Of a DNA stretch of 64,000 bases, positions 30,901-40,535 are shown piece after piece. Origin of the DNA: Caecitellus pseudoparvulus (taxonomy: Eukaryota > Protista > Bigyra: Bicosoecida); contig CBFFRQ010000030.1 in the NCBI GenBank assembly GCA_965644315.1, positions 186,001 to 250,000 of the forward strand, written 5' to 3'. Every line of letters starts with the position of its first letter. Within the stretch, counting starts at the first letter, position 1. The notes beneath the pieces were generated by a model that worked only from the letters and a program-made list of their open reading frames with translations, was not told where the DNA came from and did no database searches. Position numbers and translations under genes: made by a program.

Positions 30901-33900
30901 CCAGGCAAGAACTCCAGCTGTGCATCTGGAACACGCAACGCCAGTGCGGACTTCGCAGCTTTGACTTCCCAGCACAGTGCCCTTCAGTGGGCGTCCATGA
31001 GCATCTCCAGTGTGCCTGTGCCAGCTTTTGGCGGGGAGGTGGCCGAGCAGCGGCTGTTCTGGGAAGGCGAAGCGGCGCGGGGTGTGGGCGAGGTGGCGTT
31101 CCTTGACTCGGGCGCAACGCAGCCAGGCTCACAGGCGGCATTGCACGTGACGCTGCACTACAACAAGCACAGCATGCCTCACCTTGGGAGTCATGTCGGC
31201 ACGATTGCTCTTGTCACTCGCGATCTCGTGACGGGGGTTGAGGAGCTGCACAGCATTCCCGTCCAAGTCAGCACAGGCCCTGGAGCAGCCAGTGCCGCAG
31301 CCAGCACTGTCCACCCTCGGCTGACCCCCATTCAGCTGGATTCAGCCGTCATGCTGTCAGGCGGTGCGCAGGTGGCACCTGGCACACGGCAGAGCGCGTC
31401 AGTGGCGGGCGTGCTGCACGTTGTGGATGCCATGGGCTTCCCGCTGTCCAGCGATTTAGCCAAACAAGCCGTGCGTATCGAGGCCATTCGGGGTGCTGGA
31501 GGCCGAAGGCTTCAGAGTGGCGAGTGCCCGGATGGCAGTAGCGTGCCAGCCTGGGTACAGGAGGCTTCTCCAGCTGCAGTGCAAGCTGTGGCAAGTGGAG
31601 GCGGGCAGGGTGCTGTAGAGGTGCTCGTGGCACCCACAGCTCCAGGCGACTTGGCCCCCACCTTCCACGTGGCGCCTGTGGATGTGTCGCCACCAAGGAG
31701 CAACTTGGCCTCGCCAGTGCTGCACAGCACGGAAGGGTGGGACGCGCCGCCAACTGCCTGCGTGGCCCTGGCCTCGTCAGTGACGCTGGAAGTGCTGCCA
31801 GCGCTGTGCTCGGGGGTTGGGCGTGTGAGTGTGGCGAATGGCACTCGCTGTATGTGTGCGGCAGGCTTCGGCATGGACCCAAGTCTGGCCTCGGCCCAAG
31901 TCACCCCCGCCTCGCTGCGTTGCCTGCCCTGTCCCGCGGGCACCTTCAGCTCCCTGCCCACTCTGCGGCCTGTGGATGCGGAGGGCGTGTGTGTGCTGTG
32001 TGTGGAAGGCACGTACTCGCTGGATGGCGCCAGAGCGTGTGGGCCATGTCCTGCGAACACGGCCTGTGCGGGGGGCAAGGTGCAGGTGAATGCGGGGTTC
32101 AGCTTGGCGCGTGGGGGGTTGAATGCTGAGGACATCACAGCAGTGGCATGTCCGAACCCATTTGCGTGTGAGGTGGGCGGGAACACCTCCGCCTTGTTGC
32201 AGAACACGCAGTGTGCGGAAGGGCACGACTCAACCAGCGAGCTGTGCGGCCACTGCAGTGCCGGTTGGCAGCACTACCCCCCCGCATCAGGCACGCGAGG
32301 CGCTTGTCGTAGGTGTCCTCCCGCGGCCCAGCAAGGCCTCGCGATTGCTGCTGCGTTCATGTTCGCCCTGGCACTATACATGTGCGTGATCGTGAGCTGG
32401 CGTGCAGGTGGCGAGCAGTTGGCCGTTGTGAAGGTGAAGCTGACGCGGAAGAGTGTTCACGCGACCAGCACAGGCCGTCTCCGAGGAGACGAGGCCAACG
32501 TGTCTAGTCTGCGTTTCACTGTGTTGGGCTTGCACTGGGTGACGTCCGACGCGGTGCGCACTGTGACCGGCTTGGCTCACTCCACCGTGGCAGGCATGTT
32601 GGCGCCACTGCGGAGCGGGATCAGCCCATCCCTCCGCGCCTTTGCCGCTTGGGCGCTGCTCATCTTCCTGCAGCTGAACGGCGCCATTCGCGACCTGCGC
32701 ACGGACGCCTCGCCTGCTCTGACACTGTCATCTGCGGTGCTGGGCGCGCCGTCTCTGCTGTCCCCGAACAGCTTCGAGTTCGTGTGTGCCTTTGGCCAGG
32801 CTGGCGTTGGGCTCAATCGCCTGTACGTGGGGCTGCTGTTCCCGTTGGTGGTCTTGGCTGTGGCTGCGGCGGCTGCAGCGCTTGCCGGCGTGGCGATGCA
32901 CACTTTCCAGGCCCGGGCATGTCCCGGTTCACAAAGGATGCTCAACACGGTGCTGGACACAGTTGCATGCGTGCTGCCGCTGGCACTGTGGATGTCGCTG
33001 CCGCCTGCGCTGAACGCTGTGGCCACCGCCATCCTCCCTGTTGTGCAAGGGCGTGCAGGTGAGTCTCGCCTGGTGTCTGATTTTTCCACCATCGATGAGG
33101 GGCAAAGAGTGGGCCTGTCCATCTTGGCGGCTCTGTTCATCATCGCTGTGTGCCTCGGCCCACCTCTAGTGCTGGCCAAGGTGTACAGCACCGCGAACAG
33201 GCTGGAGGAAGGCGCCTTCATCGCAGAGGGGCGCATGGCTCGCGAATGCCACACCAGCGCACCATCCTTCGCCAGGCGAGCATGGGGGTATTTGTGGGGA
33301 TGGCACCAGCCCGGCACTTGGTGGTGGAATGCGGTGCTCTTCACAGCATCCTGTTTCTTTGCCTTGCTGCCCGCCATTGCCGCCACCGTCTGGCTGCGTG
33401 CCTTCCTCGCCATGCTCATCTGCACGTTGCTTTGGCTTGCGCTCGGGTACCTGGAGCCATACAACGTGCATGTGGCGGTGGACCAGCAGCGGTCAGTGGG
33501 TCATTTGGTTGGCTTGCCTTCCACTGTCGCTCCAGGTATGGAAAAGAGCGACCTTCGACAGCAGTTGACGGTGCACCGCATGCATGCGGAGGCGCATACA
33601 CGGACCTGGATGATGCGGGTGATCGTCATTGCAGTGCTGGCACATGCTGGCGCCATCCACGTCAGCAACGTCTGGCGCGTGATGCTATTCGCTGACTCCT
33701 CCTCCTCTGCCGCAGCTGCTGGAGCGCCCAACGCGAACCTGGAAGGCAGTCTCCGCCCCAGCACACTGCGTGGCTCACTGGCTGCGGCGGACTGGGTGCT
33801 GTGGCTGCAGCTGTGGCTTCCAGTGTGCATGTGTTTGTTTCTGCTGCTTCCAGGGCGAGTTGTGGCATCGTGCACGGCGCTGTGGGCATCGGCGTCGAGT

Positions 33901-34413
33901 GCGTCTGCGCAAGTCGTCTCCACTACACCGACAGGGTTGGGCAAGTCAGAGTCAGCTCGCCCAGCCCAGCACCGGCCTCAACCGGCACGCAGCAGCGTGT
34001 TGACCAAGCATGGGGACTTGGCAAGCCAATTGCACAGTCCAAAGGTACAGGTGGGTGAGGTGGACGTTTCTGGGGTGCTCCAAGCCCCAAGCGCAGTGTC
34101 CCAGAACCCAATACTGAAGCCCAGGCGAGCACAGCGTCGCACTGCGTCCTCAGCACCTGTGGCAAGACTGTCTGTGCATGGGCTGCATGGAGATGCTGAA
34201 GCTGCTGGGTCATACAACGTGAGTGTGCCGTCGGCGACTGTGGGCGCCCGCCTCCGAAGTTTGAGCAGCAGCAGGCAGGCAAGCATTGGTGCTGTCGTGA
34301 AACGTCAAAGGCGTTCCACGATACGCACGTCCACTTCCAGGTCCCAGCCCGAACAGGAGGAAGGGCAGCGTGGGCGGAAGCGTGGGCGTCGAAGAAGCGT
34401 GTCCCTGTTTTGA
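27910..34413 (+). CDS. Large receptor-like surface protein: signal peptide, 7 RCC1 repeats, S/T/P stalk, beta-rich domains, Cys-rich repeats, multi-pass TM region
   Basis: MWCLALSLTFALTGFCHASA signal; 58-aa HTCAVLSSGDVMCWG..GRLGYG repeats; (TVSPSASG)n stalk; CLPCPAGTFS / CVEGTYS / CGPCPANTAC Cys-rich repeats; about 8 or more hydrophobic helices; basic cytoplasmic tail. Confidence 0.85.
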   Translation: MWCLALSLTFALTGFCHASARPSLIEVGEGGFYGRHVRRLAGAGSHGFNVSAGASHTCAWLHGKVRCWGYGSDGRLGYGNTNNIGDDELPYTAGTVNLGVGMTATQASAGHYHTCAVLSSGDVTCWGFGNYGRLGYGNTNDIGDDELPYTAGTVDLGAGVTATQVAAGTQHTCAVLSSGDVMCWGQGGNGRLGYGNTNDIGDDELPYTAGTVNLGAGVTVTQVAVGYFHTCALLSSGDVMCWGGGDYGRLGYGNTDSIGDDEHPYTAGSVNLGVGVTATQVAADRFHTCAVLSSGDVMCWGRGNNGRLGYGNTNDIGDDELPYTAGSVNLGAGVTVTQVAAGYFHTCAVLSSGDVMCWGPGDYGQLGYGNTNDIGDDEHPYTAGTVNVGAGVTVTQVAVGGYHTCAVLVSGDVMCWGDGNVGKLGYGNTNHIGDNELPYTAGSVPLLPPPSPSPSATPTSTPSGSVSPSAPPSPTQTSSVSPTASPTASVSPTPTASVTASATVSPSVSGTVSPSASGTVTPSASATVTPSASGTVSPSASGTVSPSASGTVTPSASATVSPSASGTVSPSASGTVSPSGTVSSSPTPSTSATATTAPSPSQSSTTQSTATPTTSAAATSSASPTALASTSTAPLNGQLQGDTIWHALFLPRQPPRVVLQDASNSNASIPLTLRIGATSAQWAAFLRLVGSAAMDQAYLSCDPEAPVCASSTPSEVQAALTSIAPEALALLPSVAVQPGGSAGLLSTNGEVQEVALTAEVSLPAVLESHAVSAVFSFALTVSRVGDASGTELDSIPITIEVLLPKLSVSPQSIIEFLRPSSVVPGGMSTMSITMSNTGARSGMVLALLPYDVCWLTLPATAQPCSTAKLQRLPSSMQSGHACVQVAVPAHSTSSLRLQALVAGLRAGLHSATVTIAMESGGAPPGWEVTPVPVRLLVSAVSICPSSVSIQGLRAPRLASSQPTVFAQGIVHMTNLGTGSMRVQRAAVLDVDSASLAPPGKNSSCASGTRNASADFAALTSQHSALQWASMSISSVPVPAFGGEVAEQRLFWEGEAARGVGEVAFLDSGATQPGSQAALHVTLHYNKHSMPHLGSHVGTIALVTRDLVTGVEELHSIPVQVSTGPGAASAAASTVHPRLTPIQLDSAVMLSGGAQVAPGTRQSASVAGVLHVVDAMGFPLSSDLAKQAVRIEAIRGAGGRRLQSGECPDGSSVPAWVQEASPAAVQAVASGGGQGAVEVLVAPTAPGDLAPTFHVAPVDVSPPRSNLASPVLHSTEGWDAPPTACVALASSVTLEVLPALCSGVGRVSVANGTRCMCAAGFGMDPSLASAQVTPASLRCLPCPAGTFSSLPTLRPVDAEGVCVLCVEGTYSLDGARACGPCPANTACAGGKVQVNAGFSLARGGLNAEDITAVACPNPFACEVGGNTSALLQNTQCAEGHDSTSELCGHCSAGWQHYPPASGTRGACRRCPPAAQQGLAIAAAFMFALALYMCVIVSWRAGGEQLAVVKVKLTRKSVHATSTGRLRGDEANVSSLRFTVLGLHWVTSDAVRTVTGLAHSTVAGMLAPLRSGISPSLRAFAAWALLIFLQLNGAIRDLRTDASPALTLSSAVLGAPSLLSPNSFEFVCAFGQAGVGLNRLYVGLLFPLVVLAVAAAAAALAGVAMHTFQARACPGSQRMLNTVLDTVACVLPLALWMSLPPALNAVATAILPVVQGRAGESRLVSDFSTIDEGQRVGLSILAALFIIAVCLGPPLVLAKVYSTANRLEEGAFIAEGRMARECHTSAPSFARRAWGYLWGWHQPGTWWWNAVLFTASCFFALLPAIAATVWLRAFLAMLICTLLWLALGYLEPYNVHVAVDQQRSVGHLVGLPSTVAPGMEKSDLRQQLTVHRMHAEAHTRTWMMRVIVIAVLAHAGAIHVSNVWRVMLFADSSSSAAAAGAPNANLEGSLRPSTLRGSLAAADWVLWLQLWLPVCMCLFLLLPGRVVASCTALWASASSASAQVVSTTPTGLGKSESARPAQHRPQPARSSVLTKHGDLASQLHSPKVQVGEVDVSGVLQAPSAVSQNPILKPRRAQRRTASSAPVARLSVHGLHGDAEAAGSYNVSVPSATVGARLRSLSSSRQASIGAVVKRQRRSTIRTSTSRSQPEQEEGQRGRKRGRRRSVSLF
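28060..29243 (+). repeat. 174-bp coding tandem repeat x7 (RCC1 blades)
   Basis: The TGYTGGGG (CWG) anchor falls at 28108, 28282, 28456, 28630, 28804, 28978 and 29152. Confidence 0.95.
29405..29657 (+). repeat. 24-bp coding minisatellite (TVSPSASG/TVTPSASA), about 10 units
   Basis: GGCACTGTGTCGCCATCGGCCTCG and variants in tandem. Confidence 0.9.
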
Positions 34414-35026
34414 TGGACTTCTGAGACTGTATTCTCGCGAAGGGGGAAGAGCAGTGGAATTCACTTTCACCCCCACATGTCCCCTGCAGCTCACTTTCGG
34501 TTGAAGCCCCTCCCCGCAGCGCTCAGCGGGCAACCCGTCTCCCCCCCTCAACTCCACGGAGTGAATTCAGCTATCCACTCATCGACTTCAACGGCGCCAC
34601 CCACAGCAGTCCTCCCAGCTCTGATGGCACGCCTGGTTGTGCCACAACGCCAACTGGCGCCACGTCACTGGACACGAAGCGGGCATGCCCACCGGCCTGG
34701 TCGTGTTCGTGCTCAGCTCGGAGCGGCGTGATGCGGCCGCTGCTGTGCGCATCACGCCGCCCCAGGGACGGTAGGCCGGTGCTCGTCGGTGTCGCAAGAT
34801 TGGGCACGGACGCCCGGCTGCCAAGGTGTGCCGTCCCCAGCCCACCTGCTGCATACTCACCTCCAGCGCTCTTCCGCGTCCCCACGGACTCAGGTGTGGG
34901 CAGCTTCACCCGGCACGTCCCAGACTTCACAATTGTCTCACCCCACACAAGTTAGCGAAGGCGACGTTGGCAGCCCTCTTCATGCCTTGCACGGCATACT
35001 GGACGCCTGCTTCCACCGCCAGCACC

Positions 35027-36242
35027 ATGCAGTTTGCTACGGTGGCGCGGCGCAGCTTTGCGTCGGCTGCGGCAGGGGCTTCACGCCGAGCCATTCCCCG
35101 GCGCATCCAGCGCCTCGTGGACAGCACGCCTGTCAGCTTGGATGAGAGGTTTCAGAAGATGTTGGAGCTGGAAAAGTGGATGAAGAAGACAGGAGTTCAG
35201 CTGCAGCTGCCCAAGAAGGTGCTGTGGTTCATCCCAGAGCTGCCTGCGGAGTTTGAGATGGAAGTGGAGGATGCCGGTGGGCCTGCCGCTCATCCTGCGT
35301 TTGATGGCTTTGTGGGGCGAGTGGCGACATTTCGAGGCGACGCGTACATGGAACATCGCACTCTCCGTGCTCGCATTGGCTCCGATGGCAAGCCCTGCAG
35401 CGAGGCGTATGTGCAGCGAGTGTTTGACAGGTAGGTGGCCTATTTCCGCTCTTCTGCCTGGCTGCAGGGCGGCACTTGCTGGTCCATTTTCCATGCACAG
35501 CGTGTCATCTGAGGAGGACCTGGAGTTTGTTGAGAAGACGCTGGACTTGTGCGCCGCCAGGCACCTGCGTTTGACGCCCACCAGCCACAAGCACCTGGTG
35601 GCAGCTTTTGCCCGCATCGGCGCCTTGCCCGCGCTGGCACAGCTGCTGGCACGGGCTCCCCACCGCCGTCTGTTCTTGGAGTACAAGACCTGGGCCGATG
35701 CCATCACAGCGTGTGGTGCAGCGGGCGATACCGGCTCCGCAGAGGCACTGGTGGATGCCATGCTGCAGCACAGCAAGCGGCCGCCCAGCTCGCGCTCCCA
35801 GTTCCGCCTCTTGCACGCTGCTGCAGGTGTGCCTGCGTGGGTGGCTGGGGCCAAGATCGCCCTGCATGTGGCCCAAGAAGGCGTTGCGCTGAACCCCGTC
35901 GCGCTGACGCACTTTGCCCAGGCCATGCAGGGCAGTGGCGCAGAGCAACTGGGCCAGTGGGAGGCGGACGCCGCAGGCGCCCCCTCCACAGCGGCAGCTG
36001 ACGCCGAGGAGGGGGGGGGGCAGGATGAGCCTTCCCCTGTGGCCACCCTTCAGGCTTTCGGTGCCTTGCTGCGCAGTGCGAAGGGCGGTGATGAGCTGTC
36101 GAGCGCAGTGGCGCAACTGGCCGCCACGTACCCGGTGCTGCTGGGAGGCCAGCCTGCCCCACAGCAAGCTGAGAGCGCGGAGGAGGTGACCAGCGCAGCA
36201 AGTGATAGTGAGGGGGCCAGCGAGGAGGAGGACAGGGCGTGA
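35027..36242 (+). CDS. Probable mitochondrion-targeted helical-repeat (PPR-like) protein, 2 exons
   Basis: Arg/Ser/Ala-rich presequence MQFATVARRSFASAAAGASRR; intron 35431-35500; PPR-like TWADAITACGAAGDTGSAEALVDAM. Confidence 0.55.
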
Positions 36243-36496
36243 GGGTCGCGGCAATGCAATGCGCTGGCTTGTAGCGCCACAGCCGCACACGAGAAAGCTC
36301 ACGAAGCTTGCAGCATGTGTCACGTGCATTCATTCAGTCCCCGCTCGCACAACATCCACGCACCACATCTTCCCTCTAGAACTTGCACAGTCCTTCCACC
36401 GCGTTGCCGTGCCCCTGTCAGCTCGCTTACGCTTGGCTGCCTTCCGGCACCACCCGTTGCATTCTCAGCAAATTCCGCTGCTGGCGCTGCAGCCCA

Positions 36497-38552
36497 ATGT
36501 GCGGCATTACCGCCTTTATGTGTGTGCAGTCGACGCGTGTTTTGCCGCGAGTATCCGCCCATACCTGAATTCTTTCTCCTTGCTGCAGTGGGACCAAGTC
36601 GGCGCTGGGCGTCTTGCTGAATGGCCTGCAGCGCCTGGAGTACCGCGGTTATGACAGCGCAGGCGTCGCTGTCATCGATGCCAACGGTGACAGCCACAAG
36701 CTGACCATCGTGAAGAAGGCGGGGAAGGTGGCAAACTTGCGTTCTGCGTGCGACTCCCTGCAGGCCTCCAGCGGGGATGCTGCGTCCACAGGCGCTGGGA
36801 CAACCGGTGGCGTGTTGGGGGGAGTGGTGGGCATCGCTCACACTCGGTGGGCCACCCACGGCGCCCCCAATGACGTGAATGCCCACCCGCACGTCAGCGG
36901 CAACGGCAAGATCGCCCTGGTGCACAACGGCATCATCGAGAACTACACCGCCCTGAAGTCCCTGCTGACCAGCAAGGGGTGAGAGCCCTCCACGTGGCAT
37001 GGCGTGCGGCGACCACCCACACGCAGTGCACCCCTGCCTTCCCAGGTACACCTTCAAGAGCGAGACAGACACAGAGGTGCTGGTGCAGTTGATTCAGTAC
37101 GAAATGGACACCGACCCCAGCCTGCCCCCCAGCCAGGCCGTGCGCCAAGCTCTCGCAGCCGTGGAGGGCGCCTTTGGCTGTGCCATCGTGTTCGAAGACC
37201 ACCCCAACCTGCTCATTGGCATGCGGCGTGGATCGCCACTGCTGCTGGGCATCGTGGAGGACGGCACGTATGTGCTGGCCAGCGACGCCTCCGCCGTCGT
37301 GGAGCACACGCAGAGCGTGGTGTACCTGGAGGAGGACCAGATGGTGTGTGCGACGCCGATGGGGTATGAGATCACCAGCGTGCACTTGGACGACACCACC
37401 CCCAAGCCCGCCCGCGTGGTGGAGCTGGAGATGACGCTGGACGCCATTGAGAAGGGCGGCCACAAGCACTTCATGCTGAAGGAGATCCTGGAGCAGCCCA
37501 AGGTGCTGGCAGACGCCATGCGCGGGCGCCTGGATGTGCCCGGTGCCAAGGTGCACCTGTCTGGCCTGGAGGAGCATGTGGACCGGGTGATGGCTGCGCG
37601 CCGCATCGTCATTGCGGCCTGCGGGACGTCCTACCACTCCGGTCTGGTGGGGGAGTACCTCATCGAGACCCTGGCCCGCCTGCCCGTGGAGGTGGAGTAC
37701 GCCTCTGAGTTCCGGTACCGCGACCCCATCCTGGGCCCCGAAGACATCCTGGTCGTCATCAGTCAATCTGGAGAGACGGCTGATACCCTTGCGGCTGTGA
37801 AGTTGGCCAAGGAGAAGGGCGCCCTCACCTTCGGCCTCGTGAACGTTGTGGGCAGCACCATCGCCCGCGAGACTGACTGCGGCGCGTACCTGCACGTGGG
37901 GCCAGAGATCGGCGTCGCCTCCACGAAGGCCTTCACGGGGCAGGTGGTGCTGCTGACGTGCCTGGCTCTGTACTTGGCCAAGGCCAAGGGCTCCATGTCT
38001 GACGAGCGCATCCGAGAGGCCATGACTGCGCTGCAGGCCGTGCCTGAGAAAGTGGCAGCGGTGCTGGAGCAGAAGGGCGCCGTGTACGAGTTGTGCAAGG
38101 GGTTCCGCTTCGCCTCTTCCTTCCTGTACATGGGGCGCGGGTTCAACTTCCCCGTGGCGCTGGAGGGGGCCCTCAAGCTGAAGGAGATCTCGTACATTCA
38201 TGCCGAGGGGTACGCCGCCGCGGAGATGAAGCACGGGCCCATCGCCCTCATCGACAAGATGATGCCGGTGGTGTTCCTGGCGCCCATGCGGGACCACTGC
38301 TACGACAAGGTGCGCTCCAACGTGCAGGAGGTGCTGGCGAGGGGCGGCAGCGTCATCGTCGTGACGGAGGAGGGCAACCACGACTTCGACGACATGGTGG
38401 ACGCGGTGCTGTACATCCCCGCCACGCCGGAGTTCCTGTCCCCCCTCCTCACCGTCATCCCTCTGCAGCTCATGTCCTACTACATCGCTGACTTCCGCAA
38501 GTGCAGCATCGACCAGCCCCGGAACTTGGCCAAGAGCGTGACTGTGGAGTGA
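36497..38552 (+). CDS. glmS: Glutamine--fructose-6-phosphate aminotransferase (isomerizing), 3 exons
   Basis: MCGI start, [53 protein letters not shown] and [11 protein letters not shown]. Introns at 36520-36588 and 36979-37045. Confidence 0.97.
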
Positions 38553-38602
38553 GGTGGCCGCCACCATGACAATGCACGGGCCCCCCCGCCTGCACCGCGC
38601 CT

Positions 38603-40079
38603 TCACAATTTGCTGAAGGTGTACCGCGCCTCGTCCTCGCCTTGCAGGGCTGTCAGCTCCCCCCGCAGGTCCTTCAAAAACAGGGCCCGCACTTCAGGCG
38701 TGGACAGCCCGGGCCGCCCCAGCAACCACCCCAGCTTTGTCACAGCTGCCTCCGTGGTCATGTCCTGTGCTGACAGGACGCCTGCTGCCCCCAGCACCGC
38801 CCCAGCAGCATACGTGTCCCAGGACACAGAGCCCTTGCTGCACTGCGTGGTGCCCACCACCACGATGCCTGCGTGCACAGCTGCCTTGAGGGCGGCGATG
38901 AGGGGTGCTTTTTGCCGCCCCACGTTGCCTGTGCCCAGCACCTCCAGGACGATGCCCTTCAGGCCTGGCGTGGACACCAAGCCCTTGATGAGCATGTCAT
39001 CACAGTAGCCTGGCACCAGCTTCACCACGGCGATGTTGGACTCCCACGTCTGCTGCACGCGTAAGCGGGCACTGGCCTGGGGTCGCCAGCGGGAGGGGTA
39101 GGGCACGAGCTTGGTGGTGAGGGAGGCCAAGGCGGGGTAGTTGGGCGAGTCGTACGCCTTGAGGCCGCCATTGTGCACCTTCATCGTGCGGTTGCCCCGG
39201 AACACGGAACGGTTCATGAACACCACCACCTCCGGCACATCAAGGTATGCCGCCACCAGGCCAGACACGATGACGTTGCGCCTGGCGTCATTGTACGGCT
39301 CAGCCAGCGGCACCATGGCGCCCGTCAGGCACACGGTCTTGCCCAGGTTCTCCAGGAGGTAGGAAAGGGCGGAGGCGGCGTACCCCATGGTGTCTGTGCC
39401 CATCATGACCACAAAGCCGTCGTAGTCGAGGTAGTGCTTGGCGATGATGTTGGCGATGGCGACCCAGTGTGCTGGCCCCTGCACGGAGGAGGAGGGTGGG
39501 GCGGATGGCGCAAGCATGTGTCGCGGCGCCAGGGAGCCCAGCACGCACCATGTCCGAGCTGTCGATGAGGGGTGTCAGTCTGCGCGGTAGGCATGGGGCG
39601 TCGCTGGGCGGCCTCCAGGTGGACAAGGGCACGCGCTCTGCTCTCACTCAAGCAGGTCGGACGCTGGCGCCTTGGAGGTGAACAACTCATCCATGTTCTT
39701 CATCTGCACAGCGTGCGTGCGTGGCAACGTGGTTGTGTGACAGCTCGCGTGCTTGGCGCGGGGCAGTTCAGCAACGCACCCGCTCCGTAAGGTAGCCCGG
39801 TGCTGGAGCCAGCGCACCTGGTGAGAGAAGGGGGCGGCAAGCCATACTCTCAGGGACATATACAGGACCGTCACTGGTGTATGGGTCCGCACCATCTTGC
39901 TGTGGCTTCATGCCCAGCGTGCCGCCAGTGTACACAAACAGCACTCGCGGCAGGGGGGTCGTTGCATCTTCCTTGCTGGGCTTCAAGTGCACAATGGGCA
40001 GTTCTGTGGGCAGCATCACCTCGTCGCTGCCCGTGCCGATGTGAGAGGCCTGCGCAGCAGGGGACGACTCGGCAGCCAT
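38603..40079 (-). CDS. L-asparaginase type I, 5 predicted exons
   Basis: YTGGTLGMK, PLIDSSDM, GFVVMMGTDTM, LENLGKTVCLTGAM, RGNRTMK, DSPNYPALA and DMTTEAAVTKL, with four short GT-AG introns. Confidence 0.92.
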
Positions 40080-40535
40080 GGCCTCCTGCGGAAATTGAAC
40101 CCGCCCAATCCACACACGAAAAAGACACAGGTGCCAGCGCAAGGGAGTGAGTGAGGCACCTGACCAGGCGCAGGGAGGAACTGTAGAAGTAGATAGAAGT
40201 GGCACCGTGCCATGGCGGTGGAGCTGTCTGCTGCAGCAGTTGGCGCGGGCCGCAAAGGGTGTGAAGGGGGGCAGCCCAAAGTCTGCAAGTGCACTGCCCC
40301 GAAGTGAGCCAGCGGTGCCGCCCCCCCCACGCACACACCAGCACCCGCAAGACGCGCATGGCACATTGCCCCCGCCGAACCAAACTGGCAAACTCACTGA
40401 ACCCCTGCCCCAGTCGCGCCCGATCGCAGCCCTGCTCAGCACCGCTGGCAGGATCGTCCGCGTTGCTCGTGTGGCTGGTGCTGACGCACTGTGCCTGCCC
40501 GGGACAGAGCCTGCCATCAAACCCGCACCCTCAGC

